Origin: Octopus sinensis
Taxonomy: Eukaryota
Assembly (NCBI RefSeq): GCF_006345805.1
Contig: NC_043015.1
Location: 42,408,001-42,472,000 of the forward strand
Reading direction: 5' to 3'
Length of the DNA: 64,000 nt
Position 1 is the stretch's first letter, and each line of letters opens with the position of its first letter. The notes under the pieces are model-generated. The model saw only the letters and a program-made list of their open reading frames with translations, did no database searches and was not told the origin of the DNA. This document shows positions 63,488-64,000 of the stretch, piece after piece. The position numbers and the translations under genes are program-made.

Positions 63488-64000
63488 TGCAGGCATGGCT
63501 GTGTGGTTAAAGTTCTGTTTCCATATCTCAAAGAACATGGTCTGGAGTTCAGTACCACTGCATGGATGCTTGGGGGAATCTTTGCTATTTCTGTCATAGT
63601 CTCTGTCAGGCCAACTGAAGCCCTTTGAGTGGATTTGGTAGATGGAAACTGAAAGAAGCCCATCTGCAAGCATGGCTGTGTGGTAAGAAGCTTGCTTTCC
63701 AACTACATGGTTCTGGGTTCAGTCCTATTGTGTGGCACCTTGGGCAAAACCAAAGCCTTGTGAGTGGATTTGGTAGATGGAAACTGAAAGAAGCCCGTCT
63801 GCAGGCATGGCTGTGTGGTAAGAAGCTTGCTTTGCAACCATATGGTTCTGAGTTCAGTCCTACTGTGTGGCACCTTGGGCAAGTGTCTTCTATTATAGCT
63901 TCAGGCCAACCAAAACCTTGTGAGTGGATTTGGTAGATGGAAACCGAAAGAAGCCCGTCTGCAGGCATGGCTGTGTGGTAAGAAGCTTCCTTTGCAACCA
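63488..64000 (+). repeat. Tandem B-head array (3 units plus a partial fourth)
   Basis: gaaagaagccc(a/g)tct|gca(a/g)gcatggctgtgtggt junctions at about 63665, 63800, 63960. Confidence 0.85.

Overview
Eukaryotic, AT-rich, repeat-saturated DNA. The SINE/LINE complement and microsatellite load suggest an Octopus (coleoid cephalopod) genome; this is inferred, not shown by a search. The only host gene found is macoilin (MACO1/TMEM57) on the minus strand: four coding exons (40851-40992, 13533-13659, 1951-2080, 1-46 partial) with canonical AG/GT sites splice into one open frame. The first coding exon was not found. The rest is intronic: tRNA-derived SINE families (called A, B/C, E/H, G here), many copies of an RTE-LINE 3' end (family D) carrying VNTRs, remnants of RTE, CR1, Gypsy and mariner elements, Helentron/HINE-like and piggyBac-like MITEs, and microsatellites. 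Almost every ORF in the supplied track is a repeat artefact. The most striking unannotated signal is a set of fold-back elements in (TA)n tracts that carry type-I hammerhead ribozyme folds in inverted pairs (31.4-33.4 kb and 41.55-41.93 kb). These include a 463-bp near-perfect palindrome with two intact hammerheads, inside a SINE flanked by a 124-bp direct duplication. Folds and alignments were done by eye; no database searches were run.
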